From Squalus acanthias (taxonomy: Eukaryota): 64,000 nucleotides of DNA. Below the pieces are notes generated by a model that worked only from the letters and a program-made list of their open reading frames with translations, did no database searches and was not told where the DNA came from. Positions 13,781 to 26,371 of the stretch are shown one piece after another; the stretch's first letter is position 1, and each line of letters begins with the position of its first letter. A program made the position numbers and the translations under genes. The stretch spans positions 101,558,001 to 101,622,000 of the forward strand of contig CM059431.1 in assembly GCA_030390025.1 (NCBI GenBank), written 5' to 3'.

Positions 13781-14477
13781 GGCCCGGATTTTGCGCCGTC
13801 ATAAGTCCTCGGAATGGCCCCGCAAGTTCCGTTGATTCCGCACGCGCGAAAACCCGCGAATTGCGATCTGTCAAATTTCGCACTGACGGATCCTTCGCGT
13901 CTGCGACCCAGTCACTTTCGCCGGCGCGGAGTCGGGGCTGCTTGTCCCAGTGAATGCCCACCGAACCCTTACGCCCGGTGAAAGCAGGCGCAGGGCCGCC
14001 TTTTACCAGCATAAGGGTTAAAATAAATGTCAAAATAACATTTTAAAAATGATTAAAACATAGATATACACTTAAAATTAGGTGAGGTAAATTTTGGCCC
14101 GTTTTTAAAATGTTTACATTTATTTTGCAAAAAATTAATTTTTTATTTTAAATGCTTAATTCAGGGTTCTTTTAATTAATTTTGAACGTGGGAACTTTTA
14201 TTTTTATTTAAGTGGTGTGAGTTCTTACTTCTTTGGGGATTTCTAGTGTGCTTATGGGGATTCCGCACGTAAATGGAATCCCCCATTAACATCAGGGGAA
14301 TCCTGTGGTTTACCAGGCCCACGCGATACCAGGGACGCTTGCGAACTGCGTGCGTCTCGCCGCAGGCCCAGGACCTGAAGAGATTGAAGCTCCGGAGACA
14401 CCAGGTACATTCGGATTTTTTTTTTCGGTTCGGAGATGTATTCTTCTGGTACGCCTCCCAACCGCAAGTTCAGGGCC
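13781..14477. mobile_element. Related non-autonomous TIR element, opposite orientation
   Basis: ggcccggattttgcg / cgcaagttcagggcc ends; cttacgcccggtgaaagcaggc matches the reverse complement of 2012-2034. Confidence 0.65.
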
Positions 14478-14669
14478 ATTGTCACCCCCCCGAGACAGCT
14501 GGTTTGAAAGGATATGAATCGGCATCATGATTTAAAAAAAAAAAATTGCAAAATATTTTAATTTGCAAAGACTGGTAACTCGGACATCTAGAGTAAAGTA
14601 TTCTGATGCTAATAAACCTGTTATGGTGTTGATGTGTACATCGTGTGATGGATTAGAGACAGTATGAAA

Positions 14670-15553
14670 GAAAGAACTTGCATTTATATAGCGCCGTTTC
14701 ACGACCTCAGGCATCCCAAAGTGCTTTACAGCCAATTAGGATTGTAGTCACTGTTGCAGTGTAGGAATCTCAGCAGCCAATTTGCGCACAGCAAGCTCCC
14801 ACAAACAGCAATGTGATAATGACCAGGTAATCTGTTTTTCGTGATGTTGATTGAGGGATAAATATTGGCCAGGACACCGGGGAGAACTCCCCTGCTCTTC
14901 TTCGAAATGGTGTCATGGGATCTTTTACGTCCACCTGAGAGAGCAGACGGGACCATGGTTTTACGTCTCATCCGAAAGATGGCACCTCTGACAGTGCAGC
15001 GCTCCCTCGGTACTGCCCCTCTGACAGTGCGGCGCTCCCTCGGTACTGCCCCTCCGACAGTGCGGCGCTTACTCAGTACTGCCCCTCCGACAGTGCGGCG
15101 CTCCCTCAGTACTGCCCCTCCGACAGTGCGGCGCTCCCTCAGTACTGCCCCTCCGACAGTGCGGCGCTCCCTCAGTACTGCCCCTCCGACAGTGCGGCGC
15201 TCCCTCAGTACTGCCCCTCCGACAGTGCGGCGCTCCCTCAGTACTGCCCCTCCGACAGTGCGGCGCTCCCTCAGTACTGCCCCTCCGACAGTGCGGCGCT
15301 CCCTCAGTACTGCCCCTCCGACAGTGCGGCGCTCCCTCAGTACTGCCCCTCCGACAGTGCGGCGCCCCCTCAGTACTGCCCCTCCGACAGTGCGGCGCCC
15401 CCTCAGTACTGCCCCTCCGACAGTGCGGCGCTCCCTCAGTACTGCACTGGAGTGTCAGCCTAGATTTTTGTGCTTAAGTCTCTGGAGTGGGACTTGAACC
15501 CACAACCTTCTGACTCAGAGGCGAGAGTGCTGCCCACTGAGCCACAGCTGACA
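14670..15553 (-). mobile_element. Same SINE containing a 33-bp array (14987-15445, about 14 units)
   Basis: Complete SINE with a homogeneous array. Confidence 0.9.
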
Positions 15554-15749
15554 CAGGATGCCAGTAAAAAGAACCGCCGGTTGTATAGGGAGCAAAATTT
15601 CTCAGTAAGGTGCTGCATATGGACAAAGAGGGAAAGAACTGCTTTTCAACTGTTTTGTTTTGAAAGTTTTCACCAGAATATAATTGCAGCAAGGGATGGA
15701 TATTGGAGACAGACCGACACCATTAAAATATCTATTTATAGTTACGCTG

Positions 15750-16015
15750 CTTGGCCATGTGGGTACAGTCACCGCCTGGGCTGGTGTGACCAGCGGGTCA
15801 CAGGTTCGCTCACCGCTCTGATCATAGCCTCGGTAACACAGTTAAGATGCCATAATTGACCGAAGCACCCCTAGATTAAGGAGGGGATGAGTTCCCTATC
15901 CAGAGACCCTTATAGAAAGTAGAACTCGGGTGAGAGAAGAATTGGGCTTGGGTGTGACATCGTCCTTGACAGAATAACCTGCCAACAATCACTGTCTCTA
16001 TTCACACATGGAGAA
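15750..16015 (+). mobile_element. Probable ancient SINE remnant
   Basis: Degenerate B-box-like ggttcgctc; loose similarity to 28370-28570 (+) and 29430-29622 (-). Confidence 0.35.
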
Positions 16016-16295
16016 TATGGGCCCCGATTATTTTCCATCGCTCCACCGTTGGCGGCCGTAAGCTCTGGAACTCCCTCCCTAAACCTCTCCGCCTCTCCAA
16101 CTCTCTCTCCCCTCCTTTAAGTCACTCCTTAAAACCTTCCTCTTTGTCCAAGCTTTTGGTCTCCTGTCCTAATATCTTCTGACGTGGCTCGGTATCAAAT
16201 TTGTCTGATAATCGCTCCTGTGAAGCGCCTTGGGACGTTTTACTAATTTAAAGGCGCTATATAAAGGCAAGTTGTGGTTGTACTTGAGTGAAGTA

Positions 16296-16584
16296 TGATG
16301 TGGAGATGCTGGTGTTGGACTGGGGTGGACAAAAATGAGAAGTCGCACAGCACCAGATTATAGTCCAACAGTTTTTATTTGAAATCACGAGCTTTCGGAG
16401 CGCTGCTCCTTCGTCAGGTGAAGTGAAGGAATACAAATCAGCAAAGCTACACATTGTTCTCTGTCTATATATGCTTTGCTGATCTTTATTCCTTCACTTC
16501 ACCTGACGAAGGAGCAGCGCTCCGAAAGCTCGTGATTTCAAATAAAACTGTTGGACTATAACCTGGTGTTGTGCGACTTCTAAT
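16296..16584. mobile_element. Fold-back Penelope-derived mini-element, copy 1; hammerhead motifs at 16385-16421 (-) and 16499-16535 (+)
   Basis: About 110-bp inverted arms; 12-bp TSD ttgagtgaagta at 16284-16295 and 16585-16596. Confidence 0.88.
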
Positions 16585-18349
16585 TTGAGTGAAGTAGCAA
16601 AGGATAGCCGGTGTCTAAAATGAATACATTTTTAACGATCTGTTTGAACTAAAGTGCTTCATTTATAAGCAATCTACGGCAACTAATTTGAACAAAACCC
16701 ATCCTTGTAATTTGGGAATGGGGGTGTTGCGATGGTTGTGTGTGAGTGTCCTTGTGTGCTGAAATAGCTTTGTAGATATTCGTTATCTGGGTGAGCTCCT
16801 TGGAGGATAAGCTTGTTTCTTGAGTTGGGGCGAGTGAGCAGGAGCAGTTTGTGCGAGATTTGTAGCCTTGGGAATGTGCTGTCAGAACTCAACTATTCAG
16901 CTGTTAAGTTCATATTGCACATATGTGCTTTATCACTTTTTTTGCTTTTTATACGCAAGTGCTTAAACATGCACTGATGATCTCTGGCGCTTCCAGCTGG
17001 GGCTCTCAGTCCATGCTCGTTGTGAATGGCACAGGTCTGTCCAGAGCCTTGTGACTGTTGAATAAATTACTGCCAGATCTTTTTAGTCAAAGACTGGGAA
17101 AAATATTAGCAAGGCCACGTGCCAAGCAACTAGTCAGAAAATGAATCTTTTTCCAACGCACTGGGTCTGATTTCCATTCAAGTGTCAGCCGTGGCTCAGT
17201 GGGCAGCACTCTCGCCTCTGAGTCAGAAGGTTGTGGGTTCAAGTCCCACTCCAGAATCTAGACTGAACACTCCCAGCGCAGTACTGAGGGAGTGCTGCAC
17301 TGTTGGAGGTGCCGTCTTTCGGATGAGATGTTAAGCCGAGGTCTCGTCTGCTCTCGAAGGTGGACGTAAAAAAATCCCATGTTTCGAAGAAGAGCAGGGG
17401 AGTTCTCCCTGGAGTCTTGGTCAATATTTATCCCTCAATCAACATCACTAAAAAAACAGATTATCGGGTCATCGTCACATTGCTGTTTGTGGGAGCTTGC
17501 TGTGCGTAAAATGGCTGCTGCGTTTCCTACATTACAACAGAAAATACACTTCAAAAAGTACTTTAATTGGTTGTTAAGCACTTTAGGACTTGAGCCGACA
17601 GCCTTCTGATTTGAAAGCGAGCGTGCTACCCACTGAGCCACGGCCCGCACTTGGGTAGGTGAATTTAATTAGAATTAATGGGTTGTTGCTTAAAAGGAAT
17701 GATGGGGAAAAGGAAACATTTTGCCTCTTATTAAAGTGCTCCCCTTTGAGGTTTTGGAATTGATTTCCGTTGAGAGTGGGCTTTCTGTACAATGTCAACT
17801 GAATGTGGCTGGGGAGTAAGTGCTATGATGCAATTGTCTAATCATGTATGGAAAGAACGAACAAGTCCCACCAGATTATTGGTATTATGCTGTAGATTTG
17901 CGGTTGTATAACAGTGTGTGCCGTAAGCAACCTTCTTTCACTAAACCTCTACAAGGAAGGATTTATTGCACACCATTAATTTTAAAAGGTTATAAAGTAG
18001 TTGGGGAAGCGTAGACCATAGACTTTTTGATAATTCAATGTTCTAGGAATCAACTACACAGGATTTTTTTTTGATTTTGAAATACGACTAAAGTCTTTAA
18101 GAGGTAATGAACTGAAGGCTTGAGGGAAGCCAATATGAGTGGCTGATGTGTGTGGCAAGTGTACAAGAAGCAAGTGTTCTTGGTTATGTTGCAGTCTGAA
18201 GTTATAAAATTAGTGCATTGAAGTCCATTCTCAATTGTTTTATAACACACGCAATGTCTTTTTCTGTAAGTCCCGTCAATTGTCTATACCGTAAGATTTA
18301 AAACTGAGATCTGTCTGTCAGGCCGTCCCAATGTGCCTCGGGTATCTGT

Positions 18350-19070
18350 CCATTTCTGTTCCAACGAAGCTCAACGTAAGCTCGAGGAACAGCACCTCAT
18401 CTTTCTATTATGTGGTGATGCCGGTGTTGGACTGGGGTGGACAAATGTGAGAAGTCGCACAACACCAGGTTATAGTCCAACAGTTTTATTTGAAATCACC
18501 AAGCTTTCGGAGCGCTGCTCCTTCATCACCTGACGAAGGAGCAGCGCTCCGAAAGCTTGTGATTTCAAATAAAACTGTTGGATTATAACCTGGTGTTGTG
18601 CGACATCTTTCTATTAGGCACTTTACAGCCTTCTGGACTTAACATCGAGTTCAACAATTTCAGACTATAAATTGGCCCCTGTAGTTCTTTCTTTTTGTTT
18701 CTCTTGTTTCCTCACATGGTAGCTGTTAATGTTGCTGCCATCATCATTCACACATCATCTAGAGCCATCTTTTGTTTCTTAACTTGTCCCATTACCATCT
18801 CCTTTTGCCTCGCACCATCATCCCTTTTGTCAGTCAATCTCTCCGGCCTTCCATCCCATCACAGACCTTCCCTTTGTTCTTTCCTCCCCTCCTCCCTGCC
18901 CCTGCTTATAATTCTCTCCTCTCTAACCTTTTCCAGTTCTGACGAAGGGTCCCCGACTGGAAACGTTAACTCTGTTTCTCTCTCCACGGATGCTGCCTGA
19001 CCTACTGTGTGTTTCCAGCGTTCTGTGTCTTTATTTCAGATTTCCAGCACCCGCGGGATTTTGCTGTTGT
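18350..19070 (+). mobile_element. Penelope-like 3' end (same family), interrupted at 18411-18603
   Basis: EAQRKLEEQHLIF...LGTLQPSGLNIEFNNFR matches the C-terminus of the 23680 ORF; hammerhead-like motif at 18934-18971. Confidence 0.88.
18411..18603. mobile_element. Fold-back mini-element, copy 2; hammerhead motif at 18526-18562 (+)
   Basis: 13-bp TSD catctttctatta at 18398-18410 and 18604-18616; the arms meet with almost no loop. Confidence 0.88.
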
Positions 19071-19292
19071 ATTGTCCATTTCTCTGTATTCTATATTTAT
19101 GCTGATTCACGAGTATTATTATTTTTGTTGTGTGCCAAGCTTAAAACAAAAAGTGATGCCACTGTTTTTTTGTTCGAATGCTGACGCTGTTGTCCTGAGG
19201 TGAGAAACGGGACCTGTGTTTGCAGAGGGTCCCAACACACACCAATTTTAAAAGAACTGAACAAAGGTGAAAAGTTTGTTTGAAGATTGTGT

Positions 19293-19857
19293 TACATAGA
19301 AACATAGAAGATAGGAGCAGGAGTAGGCCATTCGGCCCCTCGAGCCTGCTCCGCCATTCAATGAGATCATGGCTGATCATCCAAATTCAGTACCCTGTCC
19401 CTGCCTTCTCCCCTTATCCCTTGATCCCTTTAGCCTTAAGAAATATATCGAACTCCTTCTTGAATATATTTAATGAATTGGCCTCAACTGCCTTCTGTGG
19501 TAGAGAATTCCACAGGTTCACCACTCTCTGGGTGAAGAAATTCCTCCTCATCTCAGTCCGAAATGGCTTACCCCTTATCCTTAGACTGTGACCCCTGGTT
19601 CTGGACTCCCCCGCCATCGGGAACATCCTTCCTGCATCTAGTCTGTCTAGTCCTGTTAGAATTTTATAAGTTTCAATGAGATCACCTTTCATTCTTCTAA
19701 ACTCTAGCGAATACAAGCCCAATCGTCCCAATCTCTCTTTATACGTCATTCCTGCCATCCCAGGTATCAGTCTGGTGAATCTTCGCTGCACTCCCTCCAT
19801 GGCAAGAACATCCTTCCTCAGATAAGGTGACCAAAACTGCACACAATACTCAAGGTG
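19293..19857 (-). mobile_element. CR1 3' fragment
   Basis: QFWSPYLRKDVLAMEGVQRRFTRLIPG; very close to 41340-41862. Confidence 0.9.
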
Positions 19858-20965
19858 TTACTAATTTCTTTTTTTTCTCGTGAGAAATGTGTCTTTGAAA
19901 TTATAACTAATCTAACCTGAAAAACCTGATTTTTTGTGTGTGTTGGTGGGTGGCGGGGGGAAGTTGAAGTGGAAACTGATGGGAGGCAAGATTACATTGA
20001 AGCAATTAGTTGGAGAGGGGCATTGGAGGAGGATGGTGTGGGCGAGCAGGTCAAGGGCTGCAGAGAGGTGTACAATTTGTATCGTAGGATTGGTAAAGGT
20101 GTGGCCAAGAGGTACCCATCGAAGAGCTGGCATCAGTCACCTGAGCAATGAGTTTATCTAACCTAGTGAAGGAAAACAGACTGAGGGGGAATTTCATTTG
20201 CGTTTCAAGATCTTTAAGTTAGCAACCAGTTGCACCCCGAGAAAGTGGCGCTGAGAGTTACAATGAGATGGCATGGGAACAGGAGGAGGCCGTCAGCCCC
20301 TCAAGCCTGTTCCGCCATTCAATTAGATCGCGGCTGATCTGTATCTTAACTCCATCTCCCCACCTTGGTTCCGTAACCCTTAATACCCTTGCCCAACAAA
20401 AATCTATCGCTCGCAGTTTAGAAGTTTTCAATTGACCCCCCAGCCTCAACAGCTTTTCGGGGGAGAGAGTTCCAGATTTCCACCACCCTTTGTGTGAAGA
20501 AGTTCTTCCTGACGTCACCCCTGAACGGCCTGGCTCTAATTTTAAGGTGATGCCCCCTTGTTCTGGGCTACTCCCCACCAGAGGAAATAGTTTCTCTCTC
20601 GATCTACTCTATCAAGCTCTTTAATCAACTTAAGCACCTCGGTTAGATCACCATTTAATCTCCTATACTCGAGGAATGGATCAGATATAACTCTTTCACA
20701 TACAAGGTGACAAATGTTTGAAGAGGAGGGCAATGGAATTTGATAACATTAATAATTTTTAAGAGGGAGTTGGACAGATATTTGGTGAGAAAATCAATTG
20801 AGGGATAGAGGTAGTGAACTGTGCATAATGTTTTTAACCCTGAGACTGGGAAGGTGGAGTGAAATGGATTTTTCTCACCTCGTACATCCCTCTGGGAAAG
20901 ATAATTGTCCACAGTGAAGGACGGCAAAGCACGGGCTTATTCAACTGCAGTTCTCCCGTACACTT

Positions 20966-21343
20966 TCCCTCCCCCACCCCAAACACTCGCTCCCTCCCCC
21001 ACCCCAAACACTCGCTCCCTCCCCCACCTCAAGCACTCGCTCCCTCCCCCACCCCAAACACTCGCTCCCTCCCCCACCTCAAGCACTCGCTCCCTCCCCC
21101 ACCCCAAACACTCGCTCCCTCCCCCACCCCAAGCACTCCCTCCCCCACCCACCCCAAACACTCGCTCCCCCCACCTCAAACACTCCCTCCCCTACCCCAA
21201 ACACTCGCTCCCTCCCCCACCCCAAACACTCGCTCCCTCCCCCACCTCAAACACTCCCTCCCTCCCCACCCCACACACTCGCTCCCTCCCCCACCCCACT
21301 CACTCTCTCCCTCCCCCACCCCACTCACTCGCTCCCTCCCCCA
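20966..21343. repeat. C-rich minisatellite, about 25-bp unit ccctcccccaccccaaacactcgct, about 15 units
   Basis: Direct inspection; it merges into a LINE fragment at about 21335. Confidence 0.9.
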
Positions 21344-22811
21344 CCGGCGTACCGTGGCTGCAGTGTGTACCATCTACAACATGCACTGCAGCAACTCGCC
21401 AAGGCTTCTTCGGCAGCACCTCCCAAACCCGCGACCTCTTCCACCTAGAAGGACAAGGGCAGCAGGCGCATGGGAACACCACCACCTCCAGGTTCTCCTC
21501 CAAGTCACACACCATCCTGACTTGGAAGTATATCGCCGATCCTTCATCGTCGCTGGGTCAAAATCCTGGAACTCCCTCCCTAACAGCACTGTGGGAGTAC
21601 CTTCACCACACGGACTGCAGCGGTTCAAGAAGGCGGCTCACCACCACCTTCTCAAGGGCAACTGGGGATGGGCAATAAATGCTAGCCTTGCCAGTGACGC
21701 CCACATCCCATAAACGAATTTAAAAAAAAAAGTACAGGTTAAGTTGCACCAATGGAAAAATAGTTTGCCGGACTATAATCCAGGCCCGGGATTGTACTTT
21801 TCATTTTCGGATGTAAGCGCAAAGTTGTACTTGTGTTTTTAAAGGGAGAGCATCTGTAAACTAAAACCACGAAGGGAGATTTGGGTGACTTAATGAATTT
21901 TTGTTGAACAGAACTCTGCATTGTCCTGTCTTGAGATGGCAGTGGCCAGATGTTGCGTAGTGAAACAATGATGCACTGTTCTCGCCTTGACTTGTCTTTT
22001 TAAAAAAATCTGTAAATGGACAGTAGCATGTGTCATGGCATGTAAAAGTTACCTGGAAAAATCATAGAAAACTCAAATCTGCACTGAGACACAAACGGAC
22101 AGTTGTTTAGGCAGAAGGCGAGGATGGTAATTTTTAGCAGGTGGCTTTGGGCCGAGTTCTCGACGGGGGAAGTATTGCGTTGGTCTGTATAAACACTGAT
22201 TATTTATTGACCGGATACGTCCTTGAATGTTATATTACTTCATGTACTTTGTTCCAACAAAAAACATCTCCAGTTTCCCCTCTACTACCTGGATGAATTT
22301 ATTTATTTTTTCATCATGTGATGTGGGCAAGGCCAGCATTTATTGCCCATCCCTAATTGCCCTCGAGAAGGTGGTGGTGAGCCGCTGCCTTGAACCGCTG
22401 CAGTCCGTGTGGTGAAGGTGCTCCCACAGTGCTGTTAGGGAGGGAGTTCCAGGATTTTGACCCAGCGACGATGAAGGATCAGCTGATATACTTCCAAGTC
22501 AGCATGGTGTGTGTGACTTGGAGGGGAACTTGGAGGTGGTGGTGTTCCCATGCGCCTGCTGCACTTGTCCTTCTAGGTGGAAGAGGTCGCGGGTTTGGGA
22601 GGTGTTGTCGAAGAAGCCTTGGCGAGTTGCTGCAGTGCATCTTGTAGAATATACCTCATCCCTTCCTTCCTTTTAAGATAGACTGGCAACACTTTTCTCA
22701 AAAAAAAATATAAGAAGTAACCAGGCATTCTGAAACAACACACAAACGTTTAAAACAAGATAGCTCTTCGGGTACAATGTGAGTAGGTCATGCTTGATCC
22801 TTCTGGTGTTG

Positions 22812-23228
22812 GGCTTGGCTCAGTGGGCAGCACCCTCGCCTCTGAGTCAGAAGGTTGTGGGTTCAAGTCCCACTCCAGAGACTTGAGCACATAAAGCTAG
22901 GCTGACACTCCAGTGCAGTGCTGAGGGAGTGCTGCACTGTCGGAGGTGCCGTCTTTCGAATGAGACATTAAACGAGGCCCCGTCTGCTCTCTCAGGTGGA
23001 CGTAAAAGATCCCATGGCAGTATTTCGAAGAAGAGCAGCAGAAGTGTCCTGGGCAACATTTATTCCTCAACCAATATCGCAAAAAAATCCCCAGACAGTT
23101 TGATTATTTATCTCTTCGCTGTTTTGTGGGATCTTGCTGTCCGTAAATTGGCTGTCACGTTTGCTACAATCCAGCAGTATCTCCACGCCAAATATACTTC
23201 ATTGTCTGTGAAGCGCTTTGGGATGTCC
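22812..23228 (+). mobile_element. tRNA-headed SINE with L2-type tail (resembles DeuSINE/SacSINE1), array-free copy
   Basis: A box tggctcagtgg and B box ggttcaagtcc, central domain, tail aagcgctttggga. Other array-free copies at 17182-17560 (+), 27790-28250 (-) and 48733-48935 (-), plus many tail fragments. Confidence 0.85.
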
Positions 23229-23289
23229 TTCGATCAGGAAATCTTAGATCGTGGTATCTTTTAAAAACACTGGGAAAAAGGAAAGTAAG

Positions 23290-24470
23290 ATTGTCAATAT
23301 GCAAAATAACAGAAAACGCTGGAAAAACTAAGCAGGCCAGGCAGCATCCGTGGAGAGAGAAACAGAGTTAACGTTTCAGGTCGAAGACCTTTCGTCAGAA
23401 CTGGAAAAAGCAGGAAATGAAATAGATTTAAAGCAAGGATAAAGCTGGGAAAAGGGGGAGGGGATGAAAGAACAAAAGGAGAGATTAAGAGACATTGAGA
23501 GACATTAAGAGATGATCAAGGCAAGAGGAGGTGTTAATGTGACAGATTGAGGCTAAATGAAGTGTGAAATGCACTGGCAGAATGAAGGACAGCTGCCAGC
23601 TTCTGGGAGGAAAAAAAAAGGGGGGGCCAAACAAAAGGGTGGATGAAAAAATAAAATATAAATGTGATAGGGGCTGAGGTTATGATCTAAAATTGTTGAA
23701 CTCGATATTGAGTCCAGAGGGCTGTAAAGTGCCTAAACGAAAGATGAGCTGCTGTTCCTCGAGCTTACGCTGAGCTTCCGTGGAACAGTGTAATAGGCCG
23801 AGGACGGTGAGGTCAGAGTGGGAGTGGAGCGGAGAATTAAAGTGACAGGCCACCGGGAGCTCGGGGTCCCCCTTACGGACTGAACGGAGGTGTTCCGCAA
23901 AGGGGTCACCCAATCTGCGTTTGGTCTCCCCAATGTAGAGGAGACCACATCGTGAGCAGCGAATACAGTATACTAAATTGCAGGAAGTACAAGTAAATCG
24001 CTGTTTCACCTGGAAGGGGTGTTTGGGGCCCTGGACAGTGGGACGAGGGGAGGTATAAGGGCATGTGTTGCATCTCCTGCGCTTGCATGGGAAGGTGCCG
24101 GGCGAAGGGGAAGGGGTGCTGGGGGTGGTAGAGGAGTGGACTAGGTGGTCGCGGAGGGAGCGGTCCCTGCGGAATGCTGAAAGGGGAGGTGAGGGGAAGA
24201 TGCGTTTGGTGGTGGGATCACGCTGGAGGTGGCGGAAATGGCGGAGGATGATCCGTTGAATGTGGAGGCTGGTGGGGTGAAAGGTGAGGACAAGGGGAAC
24301 TCTATCGTGGTTCCGGGAGGGAGGGGCAGGGGTGAGGGCAGAAGTGCGGGAGATAGAATGGACACGGTCGAGGGCCGTGTCGACCACAGTAGAGGGGAAT
24401 CCTCGGTTGAGGAAAAAGGAAGACATGTCGGAAGCACTGGTATGGAAGGTGGCATCGTCAGAGCAGATGC
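23290..24470 (-). mobile_element. Penelope-like element 3' part: RT thumb/linker + GIY-YIG endonuclease + hammerhead-bearing end
   Basis: ORF 23680-24426: FLNRGFP...CKRRRCNTC...NLVYCIRCSRCGLLYIGETKRRL...GLN. CTGACGA...GAAACGTT motif at 23366-23402 (-). Confidence 0.92.
23366..23402 (-). ncRNA. Minimal type-I hammerhead ribozyme motif (family A)
   Basis: AGTT-CTGACGA-A-AGGTC-ttc-GACCT-GAAA-CG-TT-AACT: stem I, conserved core, stem II and palindromic AACGTT stem III. Confidence 0.8.
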
Positions 24471-24869
24471 ATTGTCAATATGCAGTTTGACTTGCACACC
24501 CATCGACTTGCTAAACCATGGAATACTTGAGAGAGAATTCACTGCAATAGCATCGGTCGATGCTGGTCTATTACATAGAATTACATAGAATGTACAGCAC
24601 AGAAACAGGCCATTTGGCCCATCTGGTCCGTGCCGGTGTTTATGTTCCACACCAGCCTCCTCCCACCCCTCTTCATCTCACCCCATCAGCATATCCTTCT
24701 ATTCTCTTCTCCCTCATGTGTTTATCTAGCTTCCCCATAAATGTATCTACGCTATTCGCCTGAGCCACTCTCTGTGGTAGCGAGTTCCACATTCTCACCA
24801 CTCTCTGGGTAAAGAAGTTTCTCCTGAATTCCCTATTGAATTTATTAGTGACTATCTTATATTTATGGC

Positions 24870-25027
24870 CAATGTTCCCTGTAATTTTTCTTTGGCCCTG
24901 CGCGGACCCTTTAAGGGGCTGCGTGGGCCATTCCAAATACTGCGCATGCAGGTTTTTTTACATTGAAAAGCCGGCTGCGCAAGTTCGCAGGAGCGTTGCG
25001 TGGCCGCGCACCTTACAAGGAACACTG
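24870..25027. mobile_element. hAT-like MITE inserted in a CR1 3' fragment (24571-25090, -)
   Basis: TIRs caatgttccctgtaa / ttacaaggaacactg; 8-bp TSD tttatggc / tatatggc. Confidence 0.75.
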
Positions 25028-25089
25028 TATATGGCCCCTAGGTTTGGTCTCCCCCACAAGTGGAAACATCATCTCTCTGTCTACCCTAT

Positions 25090-25838
25090 CTACCAGACTG
25101 TTCACAACCTTGGTGTCATATTTGACCCTGAAATGAGCTTCCGACCACACATCCACAGCATAACTAAGACCGCCTATTTCCACCTCCATAACATCGCCCG
25201 TCTCCGCCCTTGCCTCAGCTCATCCGCTGCTGAAACCCTCATTCATGCCTTTGTTACCTCTGGACTTGACTATTCCAACACACCCCTGGCTGGCCTCCCA
25301 CATTCTACCCTACGTAAACTTGAGGTCATCCAAAACTCGGCTGCCCATGTCCTAACTCGCACCAAGTCCCGTTCACCCATCACCCCAGTGCTCGCTGACC
25401 TACATTGGCTCCCGGTTAAGCAACACCTCGATTTCAAAATTCTCATCCTTGTTTTCAAATCCCTCCATAGACTCACCCCTCCCTATCTCTGTAATCTCCT
25501 CCAGCCCCACAACCCCCCGGAGATATCAGCGCTACTCTAATTCTGCCCTCTTGAGCATCCCTGATTATAATCGCTCAACCATTGGCGGCCGTGCCTTCTG
25601 TTGCCTGGGCCCTAAGCTCTGGAATTCCCTGCCTAAACCTCTCCGTCTCTCTACCTCTCTCTCCTCCTTTAAGACGCTCCTTAAAACCTACCTCTTTGAC
25701 CAAGCTTTGGTCACCTGCTCTCAGTTCTCCTTATGTGGATCATTGTCAAATTTTTTCATCTTAAAATACTCCTGTGCAGCGCCTTGGGATGTTTTACTAC
25801 GTTAAAGGCGCTATATAAATACAAGTTGTTGTTGTTGT
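25090..25838 (+). mobile_element. L2-type LINE 3' fragment
   Basis: NLGVIFDPEMSF...LIHAFVTSGLDYSN...ITPVLADLHWLPV; tail aaaggcgctatataaatacaag(ttg)n. Other pieces at about 1170-1300, 5100-5420 (-), 9090-9575, 12590-13135, 16020-16280, 34930-35090 (-), 50625-51090 (-) and 53025-53357 (-). Confidence 0.9.
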
Positions 25839-25948
25839 TATCAAAACCTTAAATAATTGTAAAGACCTCTGTTGGGTCACCCCTCAGCCTTCACTCTCCT
25901 GAAATGCTGCGGACTGCTGGTGGACTAATAGATTGTTGCAATTGAGGG

Positions 25949-26071
25949 ATGTGTGTGTGTGTGTGTGTGTCGGCCATGTAGGCAACTGGGCTTTCCTTTC
26001 GCAGCGAGCACATTCTCCGAGACTGCTTGATGGCAAATATTTTGCTGGCAATCACTGGCGAAGGTGTGTCT

Positions 26072-26112
<41 letters not shown>

Positions 26113-26334
26113 CTTGAAGCTGGCCGGCTCGCATTCAGCCGTGACCGCAGGTTGTGATGGTTTAGCCGCCAAGATATTTTTTTCTAATCTTTCCTCTTGA
26201 CTTTGGCCCAGGTTTTGCTCCGATACACTGTGTTGGCGTTCACAGAATCACACAAGCACAGAAGGAGGCCATTTGCCCCATCGTGAAAGGGCGGTGGATC
26301 CAGATTCAATAGTAACTTACAAAAGGGGAATTGG

Positions 26335-26370
<36 letters not shown>
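25949..26370. repeat. Cluster of (GT)n, (CT)n and (AT)n microsatellites
   Basis: At 25949-25970, 26074-26109 and 26335-26370. Confidence 0.85.

Positions 26371-26371
<1 letters not shown>

Noticed and set aside
16338..16581. miRNA precursor
   Set aside because: The hairpin is fully explained by a multicopy TSD-flanked mobile element and is much longer than a pre-miRNA.
20859..21713. Pro-rich 284-aa and 257-aa ORFs
   Set aside because: Read-through of a C-rich minisatellite into a LINE fragment.
22812..22880. tRNA gene
   Set aside because: The A/B boxes belong to SINE heads; there is no complete acceptor stem.
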